A stretch of DNA of 64,000 nucleotides from Hormiphora californensis (Eukaryota; Animalia; Ctenophora): the NCBI GenBank assembly GCA_020137815.1, contig CM035353.1, forward strand, positions 2,976,001-3,040,000. Reading direction: 5' to 3'. The translations under genes and the position numbers were made by a program. This document shows, in pieces, positions 47,351 through 60,119 of this stretch; position 1 is the stretch's first letter, and the number at the start of each line of letters is the position of its first letter. The notes beneath the pieces are model-generated. The model worked only from the letters and a program-made list of their open reading frames with translations, made no database searches and was not told the origin of the DNA.

Positions 47351-47459
47351 CAGGAACCGACCGAAACAAGTAAACAACCAATCAGAACTCGTTATTTAGG
47401 CCACGTGACTGGTTATCAGCCAATCAGGGACCAGTATTTCCTGATTCGGTCGGTTCCTG
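47351..47459. mobile_element. Full-length hAT-like MITE copy
   Basis: caggaaccgaccgaa ... ttcggtcggttcctg (15-bp TIR). Confidence 0.9.
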
Positions 47460-47798
47460 CCACCTGGCTGTGTGAGCTACACAAGAAAAGAGCAGCGGTA
47501 AAAGAATGACTGTGTATTATACTGGAATGATATGGAGCAGCGACTCAGTAACTTCAGCATTCAGCATAACAAGCAAAGTGGGAAAAAAGTCGTGCTTGAA
47601 CCTCCGGTTCAGGCCACGGCTACTGTCCACTGAGACCTGAGATCTCAGTGACGGCTATTCCTTCACTGAAACTGAATCTCACATAAGATGGCGAAGCAAC
47701 ATGGTACCAAGGCTGTCTCTTACAGCACAGCTTCACTGATCAAAGAACAAGAATACTATGGACGGTCCAATGGACACTTATAGGGCCAGTGACCGACC

Positions 47799-47967
47799 AA
47801 GAGTCACCAAGAGTCACCAAGAGTCACAGGGAGTCACAGGAAGTCACAGGAAGTCACAGGGAGACACAGGGAGTCACAGGGAGTCAAAGGGAGTCACAGG
47901 GAGTCACAGGGAGTCACAGGAAGTCACAGGAAGTCACAGGGAGACACAGGGAGACACAGGGAGACAA
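47799..47967. repeat. 10-bp minisatellite (gagtcacagg variants)
   Basis: Direct reading. Confidence 0.9.
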
Positions 47968-48262
47968 AGAGTCGGAATGAGAAAGAGACGCAGAGTCAGA
48001 GTGAGACGCAAAAAGTCAGAGCTAATGAGTGGAATATTGAGAGAGTTGTATATACAAAGACACATGAGTGCAAAAGAGAGCTTAATTGTCAAGAGAGGGA
48101 GAGAGAGGGAGAGAGATGGAGGGAGAGAGAGGGAGAGATGGAGGGAGAGAGGGAGAGAAAGGGAGAGAGAGAGGCCATGTACATTAGCACAAACGAGGGT
48201 GTGTATTATAAAGAGGTGCTCTTTTGCTCAGGATAGGAAAACGAGGAACAAGCAAGGCTTAC

Positions 48263-48357
<95 letters not shown>

Positions 48358-49244
48358 ATTAGTAGCCAGCTTGGTAAGTCGTTATGCCATAACGTCAACA
48401 CGTGCACATGGGGGTTCAACATGAGCTCATGATAAATGGAAACATATTTTGATGTACTGGTATTGGCAACCCCCACCCCCATTATATACATCAGCAGTTA
48501 TTTGAAAAATGGCAAATTTAAGAATTCCATTTCAACTAACGATTGCAAAACTATAGACACCTCTATTATAGCTGCAGGCAGATATACTCCAATTATACCA
48601 TCTAATTGCTAAGCTAGAAGGCCTTCCGGTTCTAGGCTTTTATTAATATACTGTTCCATTACTTTTAATGTACAATGTAGACCTTAAGCAAGATGCTAAG
48701 TTATATGGGTATAACTGTTAAGACGATTTAGAGTTCCTTTATTTATTTAGGAAACAAGATTGGGTCGGCTCCGTAATTGATACAGCTAGACATTGTAGAG
48801 AGGCAAATGATTCAGGGGAGATTGTAACCTGACTCAGGAATCCTGAGTTTGTTTTCATGTTTTGAAAACAAGCTCATTCCGAAGTCAGGAAATAAAGCTA
48901 TGTATGCTCAATTTGGTGGAGGACAAGATAGACAAAGAAAACACGAGTTAATTGGTACTTGGAATTAGATGGAAAGTATGTGTATGTGTGACTGTGTCAC
49001 ACTGTGTGTGTGACTGTGTCACACTGTGTGACTGTGTGTGTGTGTGTGTGTGACTGTGCGGGGGTGGCTCCTGGTGCTGCTGCATAGTAGTTCGAGCTAT
49101 GGGACATGCTTAAGCCGTGTTTAGAATACAACAGAGATTTGATTGATCCACATTTCCAATCAACTAAAGCCTCGTCCTGCAGAGGTGAGTAGCAGAGGAG
49201 GAGATCGAGAAGAGAGAGGAGAAGAGAAAGAGGGAGAGGGAGAA

Positions 49245-49403
<159 letters not shown>

Positions 49404-49761
49404 AAGAGGGAGAAAGGGAGAGAAGGGAGAGGGGGAGGGGAGAGAGAGAGAGGGAGAGGGGAGGAGAGAGAGAGGGGAAGAGAGGAGGCCGAGGAGGGAG
49501 AGAGAATGAGGGAATGGGTGAATGATGGTAATCATTGGTATTGATCATTTGACAAGATCAAAATTTCGTAGCGAACAAGTTCCTGTAAAAATTGTAGGGC
49601 TCCGATGAACAAAACCCCGAGAAATAGCTAGCGAAAATCATTATGAATCACTCTAGTATAATAGTGAATAATAGTGAATAGCTATGTTCTCTCACTCTGG
49701 CTCTCATTGTCTCTGTTCACAATGAGGTCAATGAGAATGACAAGAGCACAATTCCAAGACT

Positions 49762-49983
<222 letters not shown>

Positions 49984-51028
49984 GTCCTTTCTCTCTGACA
50001 CGCGTCTCCAAGTGCAATTAAAGATTTAGATAGACGTGTGTTTAGTGCTGCTGCATGTTGCACTCACCAGGTAAATTCACACATCCATTAGCAGGGAGTT
50101 ACTACTTCAAGGGCGGCCTGGTTACATACAACATGCACACAGCCCATATATAGGAACACACGGATCAATTAACGATCTGAAGCACATGTGCAGTGTTCAA
50201 ATTTGCCGAGTTTCGCCCATATTCAGATTCAGTATTATACTATGATGGATCAAAAAACGAGGAAGTGGTGAAATTTAATAACGAGAAATCACGGACTGCA
50301 GCACACTGTGCACATATATGACAGAGCAAGCAGAGAGCTCTCCACTTTCCAAGAAACACACGCCTATTAGTTTGATGAACATGGCAAGCGCGGCGACCTC
50401 GTTCCGTCAAATGCTGCAATTTAGAAAATATAGATCTGAACTAGATGGAAGAAGAGGCAAAGCAGAAGACATAAAGAGATAGAGAAAAGGTCAATCAATT
50501 CGACAGAAAACACAAATATATATAATTTAGAGTCTAATTTACACGAGCATGCAGATATATCGAGATCTATAGAGAAAAATTTAATTAACAATTGGAAGCT
50601 TCTTTTCCGTACCTAGATATTGGCACACAGCTATAACTTCATACCAATTTGCTGCACCCCAGCCTTAATTATCTGATTCTATAATCTATATTTTCCGATG
50701 AACAGATATTGCTCGCCTTCACTTTATCAATTCCTTTCTAGCATTTCAATAGTTCATCTCTGATCATTACAACTCAGTCTCTCTTAAATGACATATTTTG
50801 TCTCACTTTCTAATATCCAAGTAATATCCAAGTATATCTCTACATATATTCTACGGGGGATAAACGCATGTGAGATGCATATCATGAGAGAGATAGATAT
50901 CATTAAAAAGTAGAAGTGCAGTTTAACTTGACACGTTGCTAGAAACTGTGTAAATCGTTATCCCTTTTCAAAATGTGGTAATGACCGGTCGTCGCGGTAT
51001 CTTCAAAGACACCCCTCGCGTGAAATAA

Positions 51029-51664
51029 TGAATATATAATGAACATTTTGGACATACGACAGTCGGCTGAGGAATAAAATGATCTGGCATATACCAGGCA
51101 TAGGGGGAAATAGCCGTGGCCTGAACCTGAGGTTCAGGCACGACTGTTTTCCCCCATAGCTAGGCGATTTTATGGTTTTATTCGGAGAGATATCTGACAA
51201 TAAAATTGGACTGTACAAGCTTGTTATGTTCTAACCCTCCTTTACATTTGGGCGGGGTGCGCGAAACAGAGTCTAGCTAGGCAAGTACAAGCATAAGGCC
51301 ATAAGCTCAATGAATAACAAAGAAAGATTACACTAACAGAAAAGAAAGACACCATACACAGTACTGCAGTATAGTACCCTGTGTTTTGATTCTCAGATCC
51401 AATCCACCGGGTGGGGCGGGGGGGGGGGGGTGCTCTTGATATAGCAGCTCACAGCCTCATTATTATTATGCATACTGATTCCAGAAGCAGAATGATGCAA
51501 ATTTTAATATAACGTCGGTCAACGTCAAAATTCTGCCACCCCTGCAGCTGTTGTCTGTGAGGCTGCGTAGGTTGTGTCTGACAATGCAGCTGCTTTTTAA
51601 TATGATAGCCGTGATCTTCATGGCATTCAATAAAGTTAAAATATTTGATACAACTTAAATTTAG
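51029..51664. repeat. Segmental duplicate of 55291-55856
   Basis: Collinear from tgaatatataatgaacatt to ttcaataaagtt.aaatatttgatacaac. Confidence 0.9.
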
Positions 51665-51665
51665 G

Positions 51666-53144
51666 ACTCGTTCGTCACGTTGCATTTCGTTTCACTTTTG
51701 CTTGTCTCAGACACCAAAAAGGGCTATTTTCCTCAATAAAATGCAACTCAAATCTGCCTCTAGTTCTCATTTCCATCACACATGACCCCCCAGTTACCAC
51801 TGAACTGTCTCTCGGGCCTGGCCTGGTCTCATTACTAAATTACAGCAACATTTTTGTCCAATATGTTGCAAAAAATGCCCATTTTGTAACACTTTGTAGC
51901 ATTTTGTAACACTTTGTAACATTTTGTGGCGCTTTGTGACATTTTGTGACACGTAACGTGCACAAAAAGTTTTCTGCACATGTTGCAAGGTGTTACAAAG
52001 TGTTACGTGTCACCCCCCCTAAATTACAGCAACATTTTTGTCCAATATGAGCTCTTCCCCACACTAAAATGCAACTTAAATCCGCCTCAAATACCAATAT
52101 TCGAGAACATATGATCTCTCAGTCACCAGCGAGCAGTCTCCCCGGCAACGCACAGTCCAATAGTTAGTTTAGGGCAGCAATTTTGGCCAAAATCGACCAA
52201 AACTTTAGAATTTCGCATTTAATTAAATTTGGGAAACTTTGTACTTTGCCATTGCGTGTTTGATAAAGGAGCACTAACAAGTCACATAGCAGAATTCTAT
52301 TCATTACTCGTTCGTCACGTTGCATTTCGTTTCACTTTTGCTTGTCTCAGACACCAAAAAGGGCTATTTTCCTCAATAAAATGCAACTCAAATCTGCCTC
52401 TAGTTCTCATTTCCATCACACATGACCCCCCAGTTACCACTGAACTGTCTCTCGGGCCTGGCCTGGTCTCATTACTAAATTACAGCAACATTTTTGTCCA
52501 ATATGTTGCAAAAAATGCCCATTTTGTAACACTTTGTAGCATTTTGTAACACTTTGTAACATTTTGTGGCGCTTTGTGACATTTTGTGACACGTAACGTG
52601 CACAAAAAGTTTTCTGCACATGTTGCAAGGTGTTACAAAGTGTTACGTGTCACCCCCCCTAAATTACAGCAACATTTTTGTCCAATATGAGCTCTTCCCC
52701 ACACTAAAATGCAACTTAAATCCGCCTCAAATACCAATATTCGAGAACATATGATCTCTCAGTCACCAGCGAGCAGTCTCCCCGGCAACGCACAGTCCAA
52801 TAGTTAGTTTAGGGCAGCAATTTTGGCCAAAATCGACCAAAACTTTAGAATTTCGCATTTAATTAAATTTGGGAAACTTTGTACTTTGCCATTGCGTGTT
52901 TGATAAAGGAGCACTAACAAGTCACATAGCAGAATTCTATTCATTACTCGTTCGTCACGTTGCATTTCGTTTCACTTTTGCTTGTCTCAGACACCAAAAA
53001 GGGCTATTTTCCTCAATAAAATGCAACTCAAATCTGCCTCTAGTTCTCATTTCCATCACACATGACCCCCCAGTTACCACTGAACTGTCTCTCGGGCCTG
53101 GCCTGGTCTCATTACTAAATTACAGCAACATTTTTGTCCAATAT
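51666..53144. repeat. 640-bp tandem repeat, 2.3 copies, apparently identical
   Basis: actcgttcgtcacgttgc recurs at 51666, 52306 and 52946; identical ORFs 640 bp apart in the ORF track. Confidence 0.95.
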
Positions 53145-53319
53145 TACCCCCCGCCCCACCCCCACCCGCCCTCCCCCACCCACCTCTCCCAATATAGCGG
53201 ACATTGCAAAACACCACACTACAGAGACAATCCTTGTGTTTTGGTGCACTAAGTCGCTTATCGCGTGTAACAACTAACAAATGTTATTATCTATCTCATC
53301 CGAATCGTCTTCTAGAACA

Positions 53320-54212
53320 TTTTACACTCTAGTGGTGCTACAATCTGCCCAACCCATTGTTTGTGTTTGATCGTTTTCGTTCTTTGTCACCATTGGAAAT
53401 GTTTACACCTCTCATCTCATCACCAACTACATCACGGTACCAATCATTCATCAAGGTCGTAAGTTCACCTGTCCGTATTGTTTGTTCATTTATTGTGTAC
53501 AGTTGATATTGTGAATGTAATTGACTATTCAATAATTAAGAGTAAGACAAGACATAGCTTGAGAGTGTGCCCCAGACAGACCAACAAATACGATAAACAT
53601 CAAACCAGACAAAGACCCTCTCAAAGGCAAAACGTTACCTACCCGACCAAGACCCTCTCAAAGGCAAAACGTTACCTATTTTCAAGACCAAGACCCTCTC
53701 AAAGGCAAAATGTTACCTACCCGACCAAGACCCCCTCAAAGGCAAAACGTTACCTAACGGACCAAGATCCTCTCGAATGTTCCAGAAATTTAAACCATGA
53801 GTCTCTTTCTCTCCCAGGGGAGAGAAAGGGACTCAGCGCCATAGTTACCACATACCCGGGTTGGTATAGAGGTTTGCTGAGCGTATCCCATGGTTTAGTG
53901 ACAAACAAACAAACAAACAGTACTTTAGTTAATCGATCGAAGAAGAAATATATTTTTAGCTTGTCTTTCATTCACACGTGCTATAGTTGAAGAAGTGGAG
54001 AAGTGGAGAGAAAGGGAAGTGAGAGAAAGGGAGAGAGAGAGAAAGGGAGAGATACTATTTATTATTAATTGCATATTGTATTGAGTTGAAGGTAGGTGCA
54101 TCCAGAACAATAAAACAATCTAGATCTACCAAGGTTCTAGAATCTTTGCATCGAACATAATAAAGATGATGTTGATAACGGCCACTTTCTAGAACTTTCT
54201 ATACAATAAACC

Positions 54213-54302
<90 letters not shown>

Positions 54303-54920
54303 TACCCTCCGTTGCTTTTCTAAGCTGATGTTGTTATTATGCATGTTCAGATGTCATGTCCTATCCTAGAACATTCTCTAGGTATGAAGCACACCTGTGA
54401 CCTGCTGTTGTTCCGAGAATCCTATTATTATTAAAAAAACTATTTATTGAGCTCTTACCTCTGTACGACCAAGAAATTTTACACTCTAGTGGTGCTACAT
54501 TCAGTCCTACCCCTCACCTGTGTTAAATTATTTTGTTTATCTTCATCTCCACTGGAAATGGACACACCTCTCATCTCATCATCAACAACATCACGGTACC
54601 AATCATCCATCAAAATTCTGTAAGTTCACCTGTCCGTATTGTCTGTTCACAGATTATGTAAAGTTTATATTGTGAATGTAATTGACTATTCAAACACGGT
54701 ATACATCGGGATTCCAGACCCAACCTCAAGACACTCTCAAAGGCAAAAACGATACCTTGGTCCAGACCAAACTAAACTCAAGACACTCTCAAAGGGATAC
54801 CGTTACCTTGTTCCAGACCAAACTCATTAAACTCAAGAGTCTCTCAAAGGCAAAACGCTACCTTGTTCCAGATCAATCAACTCAAGAATCTCTCAAAGGC
54901 AAAACGTTACCTAGTTCCAG
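53320..54920. repeat. Diverged duplication: 53320-53760 vs 54477-54920, each followed by caagac.ctctcaaaggcaaaacg sub-repeats
   Basis: Shared ttttacactctagtggtgctaca ... catcacggtaccaatcat ... gtaagttcacctgtccgtattg ... tattgtgaatgtaattgactattcaa. Confidence 0.85.
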
Positions 54921-55049
54921 ATTTATTATATAATAGGGAATTCCCAAGTTCTACTTGGTTAGGCCGGGAGTTAGACTCCTTGGAGCGTTTGAGGCGATAT
55001 GCTCTGCATAGTCCGAATCGCAGCACCACAACAACAACAACAACTTAAA

Positions 55050-55289
55050 TTTAGTTGATATTGTCCCGGTCACTCTCAGTATCATGTTCATTCTCAACTA
55101 TACACATATCTTATATGATCTCGAGTAAATCGAGTGTTTTTAAATCGATTCCAGCCAACTCTTTCAATGTTCAAATTGTCAAGCTGTCAAATAACCAGGA
55201 ACCGACCGAAACAAGTAATCAACCAATCAGAACTCGTTATTTAGGTCATGTGACTGGTTATCAGCCAATCATGGACCAGTATTTTCTGA
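55050..55289. repeat. Duplicate of 55852-56093 including a truncated MITE (55196-55289)
   Basis: Near-identical tttagttgatattgt.ccggtcactctcag...gtcaaataaccaggaaccgacc. Confidence 0.9.
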
Positions 55290-55997
55290 TATATGAATAT
55301 ATAATGAACATTTGGACATACGACAGTCGGCTGAAGAATAAAATGATCTGTCATATGCCAGGCATAGCTAGGTGATATTATGGTTTTATTTGGAGATATA
55401 TCTGACAATCAAATTGGACTGTACAAGCTTGTTATGTTCTAACCCTCCTTTACATTTGGGCGGAGCTTGCGCGAAACAGAGTCTAGCTAGACAAGTATCT
55501 ACAAGCATAAGGCCATAAGCTCAACGAATAACAAATAAACATTACAGACAGAAAAGAAAGACATCATACACAGTACTGCAGTTATAGTACCCTGTGTTTT
55601 GATTCTCAGATCCAATCCACCGGGTGGGGCCTCTTGATAGCAGCTTACAGCCTCATTATTATTATGCATACTGATTCCAGAAGCAGAATGATGCAAATTT
55701 TAATATAACGTCGGTCAACGTCAAAATTCTGCCACCCCTGCAGCTGTTGTCTGTGAGGCCGCGTAGGTTGTGTCTGACAATGCAGCTGCTACTAATATGA
55801 TAGCCGTGATCTTCATAGCCTTCAATAAAGTTGAAATATTTGATACAACAATTTAGTTGATATTGTACCGGTCACTCTCAGTATCATGTTCATTCTCAAC
55901 TATACACATATCTTATATGATCTCGAGTAAATCGAGTGTTTTTAAATCGATTCCAGCCAACTCTTTCAATGTTCAAATTTTCAAGCTGTCAAATAAC

Positions 55998-56108
55998 CAG
56001 GAACCGACCGAAACTTAAGTAAACAACCAATCAGAACTCGTTATTTAGGTCACGTGACTGGTTATCAGCCAATCAGGGACCAGTATTTTCTGATTCGGTC
56101 GGTTCCTG
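55998..56108. mobile_element. hAT-like MITE with perfect 8-bp TSD, 24 nt after the stop codon of the VWD gene
   Basis: caaataac|caggaacc...ggttcctg|caaataac. Confidence 0.92.
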
Positions 56109-56132
56109 CAAATAACCAGCTGCAGGTGCAGA

Positions 56133-56871
56133 TCAGTTCTGAAAAGGGTCCCTCTCCTGGGGACATCCCATTGCCACAGAAAACTCCTGTACATGTCGTG
56201 TAGGTGGACAATACCCAGCCGCTACCACCACCGCTGCCTGGGTATCTCCTGCACATTGGGCCACATAGGCACCCACACTTCTGCACTCCCAGGGAATGGC
56301 AATATGATCACTATCTGGGGAGTTGGGGATCAGGGCCGGGTTTAGGGTGTCATATCGACACCTGTCCAGAAGGCAGGCAGTCTCATAAAACCCACCAACT
56401 GGATCACCCCCATTATTGCTACATGGTATTGCCGAGTACATGTCCCTGCAAAATGCACGTGTACTGTTACACCCACTCCCTGATGATGTCATAAGGTGTG
56501 TTTTAATAGGCCCGCATCCCCTCCGAACCTTCCATCCTACCACCGTCTTGTAGGGGGAGTCACCCTGCCCTGCCCCGACCTCTCCACACACACCGCACGT
56601 GAGGTGTTCGCCGGGTGTCACCGAGATTAGTACTGAGTCAACCCCATTCCATTGGATAGTCAGACTTGAGTGAGCAGTAACGGTCAACATTACACCATCA
56701 AATGTCAGTTGAAAGGGTCCAGCCTTGGTGGGATTATCTTCGCTGATTACAAGTTTCCGGGCACTACGTCCGTATGTAGCCACCCAGCCCCGGTAAAGAG
56801 TTAGTAGATGACTTCCGTGGTATATTGTCACTGATTCCAGACAAACTGCACCGAAGTTACACTCCTCAAAC
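56133..56871 (-). CDS. Terminal exon: rest of VWD domain plus C8-like Cys-rich domain
   Basis: ttattccAG|G TTT...; CLESVTI, LTIQWNGVDSVLISV, TCGVCG, FYETACLLDRC, CRSVGAYVAQCA; TGA at 56133. Confidence 0.88.
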
Positions 56872-57142
56872 CTGGAATAAGGAGTGTTAAATTTTATATA
56901 TAACATTATGTATGGTACTTTCCGATCAAGAGATAGAAAGCTTCTAGTTTCTTTCCTACGGGGCTGAGACAGTCATGCCGAAGAAGAATAAAATAGAACT
57001 ATAATACCTGCCTTGCTCGACCCTGTTTCACCGCGCCCCGCGCACGCCGGGTAAAGGATTAGCAGAGTTAGAACATAACAAAGAACTTGTTGAGTATAAA
57101 CAATTACAATCCCCACCCCTTACTGAACAACAAAGAACTAAC

Positions 57143-57272
57143 CTTCCATAGATAATCCATGAGGCAAGGGCACAATCCATAGAAAGCAAGTAATCGCAGG
57201 GAGTGGCGAGGGAAAACATTTGTCGTGTAAAAGAAAGGACGTGGCCAGAACCGGTAACATGACAGGTAACAT
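57143..57272 (-). CDS. Exon: N-terminus of VWD domain
   Basis: tttcAG|AT...GGA AG|GTTAGT; VTCHVTGSGHVLSF...PCDYLLSMDC matches the VWD start consensus; phase joins exon 56871. Confidence 0.85.
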
Positions 57273-57292
57273 CTGAAATGTCATGTTTAATT

Positions 57293-58816
57293 GGCAATTT
57301 TGCATTTGCGGGCATCGCACTATAGACGCAGTACCCACGTACTATAGACGCATTATAAACGCATTATAAACGCATTATAGACGCATTATAGACACACGCA
57401 ATATAGACGCAATTTCGTAAGCAGCACTATAGACGCAATATAGACGCATTATAACAGCAATATAAACGCATTTTTATAGACGCGACGCAGTATAGCCGCA
57501 TTATAGGCGCACTACCCACCCCAAAATCACCTTATAGACGCACTATAGACGCATTATAGACTGACTATAGCAGCACCATAAACGCTACATAGACCCATAT
57601 AGACGCATGATAGAAGCATTATATACGCAAATCGCTTTTTATAGACGCCGCGTCTATAAAAAACGTGCTTTTTTAAGAAGCACTATAGACGTTCTCAGAC
57701 GCACGCTGCCATATTTGAGGCGCAGTTGGGCGAACTATAAACGCATTTTTGTCGCATATAAAAGGAAGCAGTATAGACGCATTATAGACGCATTATAGAC
57801 GCATGTGCGCGAAATCGATAAAGACGCAATATAGACGCAATTAATAAGAAGGAGAGGGAGAGAGACTAGAGGGAGGGAGGGAGAGGGAAGGAGAGGGAAA
57901 GAGGGAGGGATACAGAGACAGATCAGACAGAGACAGATGGACACAGATCTGAGACAGACGGACAGAGTAAGATGGAGAGAGATTAAGATGGAGAGTGGAG
58001 AGAGAGAGTGAGACAGAGATCAGAGGGAGATAGTAAGCGCGTGTTTGTCCGTCCGTCTGTCTCTGTCCGTTTGTTTCCATCTCTGTCTTTTTCTGTCTCA
58101 CTCTTTTTATGTCTCACTCCGTCCCTATATCACTATCTTTCCATCTTACTCTGTCCTTCTGTCTCAGGTCTTTATCCGTCTGTTTCTGTCCCTGTACCCC
58201 TCCCTCAGTCCCTCCCTCTCCTTCCCTCTCCCTCCCTCCCTCGCCTCTCTCTCCCTCTCCTTTTTATTTTGCGTCTATATTGCGTCTTTATCGATTTCGC
58301 ACACATGCGGCTATAATGCGTCTATAATGCGTCTATACTGCTTCCTTTTATATGCGACAAAAATGCGTTTATAAAACGCCCAACTGCGCCTCAAATATCG
58401 CACTGTAGCCTGGAGTACGTCTAAAGTGCTTCTTTAAAAAGCACGTTTTTTATAGACGCGGCGTCTATAAAAAGCGATTTGCGTCTATAATGCTTCTATC
58501 ATGCGTCTATATGGGTCTATGTAGCGTTTATGGTGCTGCTATAGTCAGTCTATAATGCGTCTATAGTGCGTCTATAAGGTGATTTTGGGGTGGGTAGTGC
58601 GCCTATAATGCGGCTATACTGCGTCGCGTCTATAAAAATGCGTTTATATTGCTGTTATAATGTGTCTATATTGCGTATATAGTGCTGCTTACGAAATTGC
58701 GTCTATATTGCGTGTGTCTATAATGCGTCTATAATGCGTTTATAATGCGTTTATAATGCGTCTATAGTACGTGGGTAATGCGTCTATAGTGCGATGCCCG
58801 CAAATGCAAAATTGCC
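57293..58816. mobile_element. Foldback/Mutator-like non-autonomous transposon, 1524 bp, almost fully palindromic, 9-bp TSD
   Basis: Termini ggcaattttgcatttgcgggcatcgcactatagacgca and its reverse complement; arms built of tatagacgcat sub-repeats; TSD tgtttaatt at 57284-57292 and 58817-58825. Confidence 0.93.
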
Positions 58817-58960
58817 TGTTTAATTGATGTTATCAAGTTTTAAATAAATAGTGCTTCACAAATCACAATTATTCAATTCATATGTGCAGTGTTCTCTTCA
58901 CAATATTGTGGGTATTATACAGGGTGGGCCAGAAACATGGAGCCACTTTGAGATATATAC

Positions 58961-59089
58961 CTTCGCTTGGGCTGATGGCGGCCTGGTAAAGAGGTAGAAC
59001 AGTGAAGGTGTGAGGGGAAGATGCTGCTTCTTTCGTTAGGACAGTTTTGTGCAACACATATGTAGCTTCCTGTGTCGTCAAGCAGCGCC
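58961..59089 (-). CDS. Exon: C-terminal part of second Ig domain (apparent 1-nt frameshift near 59040)
   Basis: ctctcAG|G GCG...; ALLDDTGSYICVAQN, then LTKEAASSPHTFTV...PSE G|GTATAT in another frame. Confidence 0.7.
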
Positions 59090-59144
59090 CTGAGAGAGAT
59101 CATGTGATATCAGTCATATGCAGACATCATTATCATAGCTTGAC

Positions 59145-59592
59145 TCTCTGTCTCTGTCTCTGTCTCTGTCTCTGTCTCTGTCTCTGTCTCTGTCTCTGTC
59201 TCTGTCTCTGTCTCTGTCTCTGTCTCTGTCTCTGTCTCTGTCTCTGTCTCTGTCTCTGTCTCTGTCTCTGTCTCTGTCTCTGTCTCTGTCTCTGTCTCTG
59301 TCTCTGTCTCTGTCTCTGTCTCTGTCTCTGTCTCTGTCTCTGTCTCTGTCTCTGTCTCTGTCTCTGTCTCTGTCTCTGTCTCTGTCTCTGTCTCTGTCTC
59401 TGTCTCTGTCTCTGTCTCTGTCTCTGTCTCTGTCTCTGTCTCTGTCTCTGTCTCTGTCTCTGTCTCTGTCTCTGTCTCTGTCTCTGTCTCTGTCTCTGTC
59501 TCTGTCTCTGTCTCTGTCTCTGTCTCTGTCTCTGTCTCTGTCTCTGTCTCTGTCTCTGTCTCTGTCTCTGTCTCTGTCTCTGTCTCTGTCTC
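59145..59592. repeat. (TCTCTG)n hexamer microsatellite, ~75 units, intronic
   Basis: Direct reading. Confidence 0.97.
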
Positions 59593-59635
59593 CATGTCTC
59601 TGTATATATACACCATATATGGTGCACACACACAC

Positions 59636-59706
59636 CTGTTAAAGACAAGTTGAGGGCCACTTCCCATCCATAAACGTCTCCCCTTGAGCAGCTTGTACCA
59701 AACAAC
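59636..59706 (-). CDS. Exon: middle of second Ig domain (VVWYKLLKGRRLWMGSGPQLVFN)
   Basis: ctaacAG|GTT...AAC AG|GTGTGT; contains the core Ig Trp. Confidence 0.8.
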
Positions 59707-59941
59707 CTGTTAGAAAATAATATAACTTCGGTACTTTAATTTAATAATATAACTTCGGTTACATATTAAATTAAAGTACATCATCACTTTGATTGCATAT
59801 TAAATTAAAGGTAGTACATAATATATGTAATAAATCCTGAACTAATGACATGTGTTTATAACTCATGGTCATTTAGTTTATTAATTAACTTATTAATTAG
59901 TTTATTAATTAACTTATTAATTAATTAATTAAGTTAGTTAC

Positions 59942-60034
59942 CTGTGGTGTTGGTGTTCCCAACACTTGGCATACCAATACCACCATTTCCCCCTCGTCAT
60001 ATGTAACCCTACCCGTTACAACCCGTGCTCCTAA
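59942..60034 (-). CDS. Exon: start of second Ig (I-set-like) domain (EGEMVVLVCQVLGTPTPQ)
   Basis: tttcAG|TTA...CAG|GTAAC, 31 codons, C-x3-G-x-P-x-P motif. Confidence 0.85.
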
Positions 60035-60119
60035 CTGAAATATGGAAGGAATATTATACATGGTTTAGTTTGCAATTATACACCTCGATCCTATCTATCC
60101 TGTCTATCACTCTGTCTGG

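Noticed and set aside
49050-49190. Possible exon on either strand
   Set aside because: Plus strand has AG...GTGAGT and minus strand has a good acceptor, but neither links to neighbouring exons or a known domain.
51222-55847. LTR pair (TGTTATG...AATAAA...GATACA at ~51222-51652 and ~55430-55847)
   Set aside because: Similarity extends ~190 bp upstream and into downstream flanks; no PBS, PPT or gag/pol. Better explained as a segmental duplication.
59047-59705. (LC)n, (TE)n, (RD)n and (RQ)n ORFs
   Set aside because: Translations of the (TCTCTG)n microsatellite inside an intron of the Ig/VWD gene.
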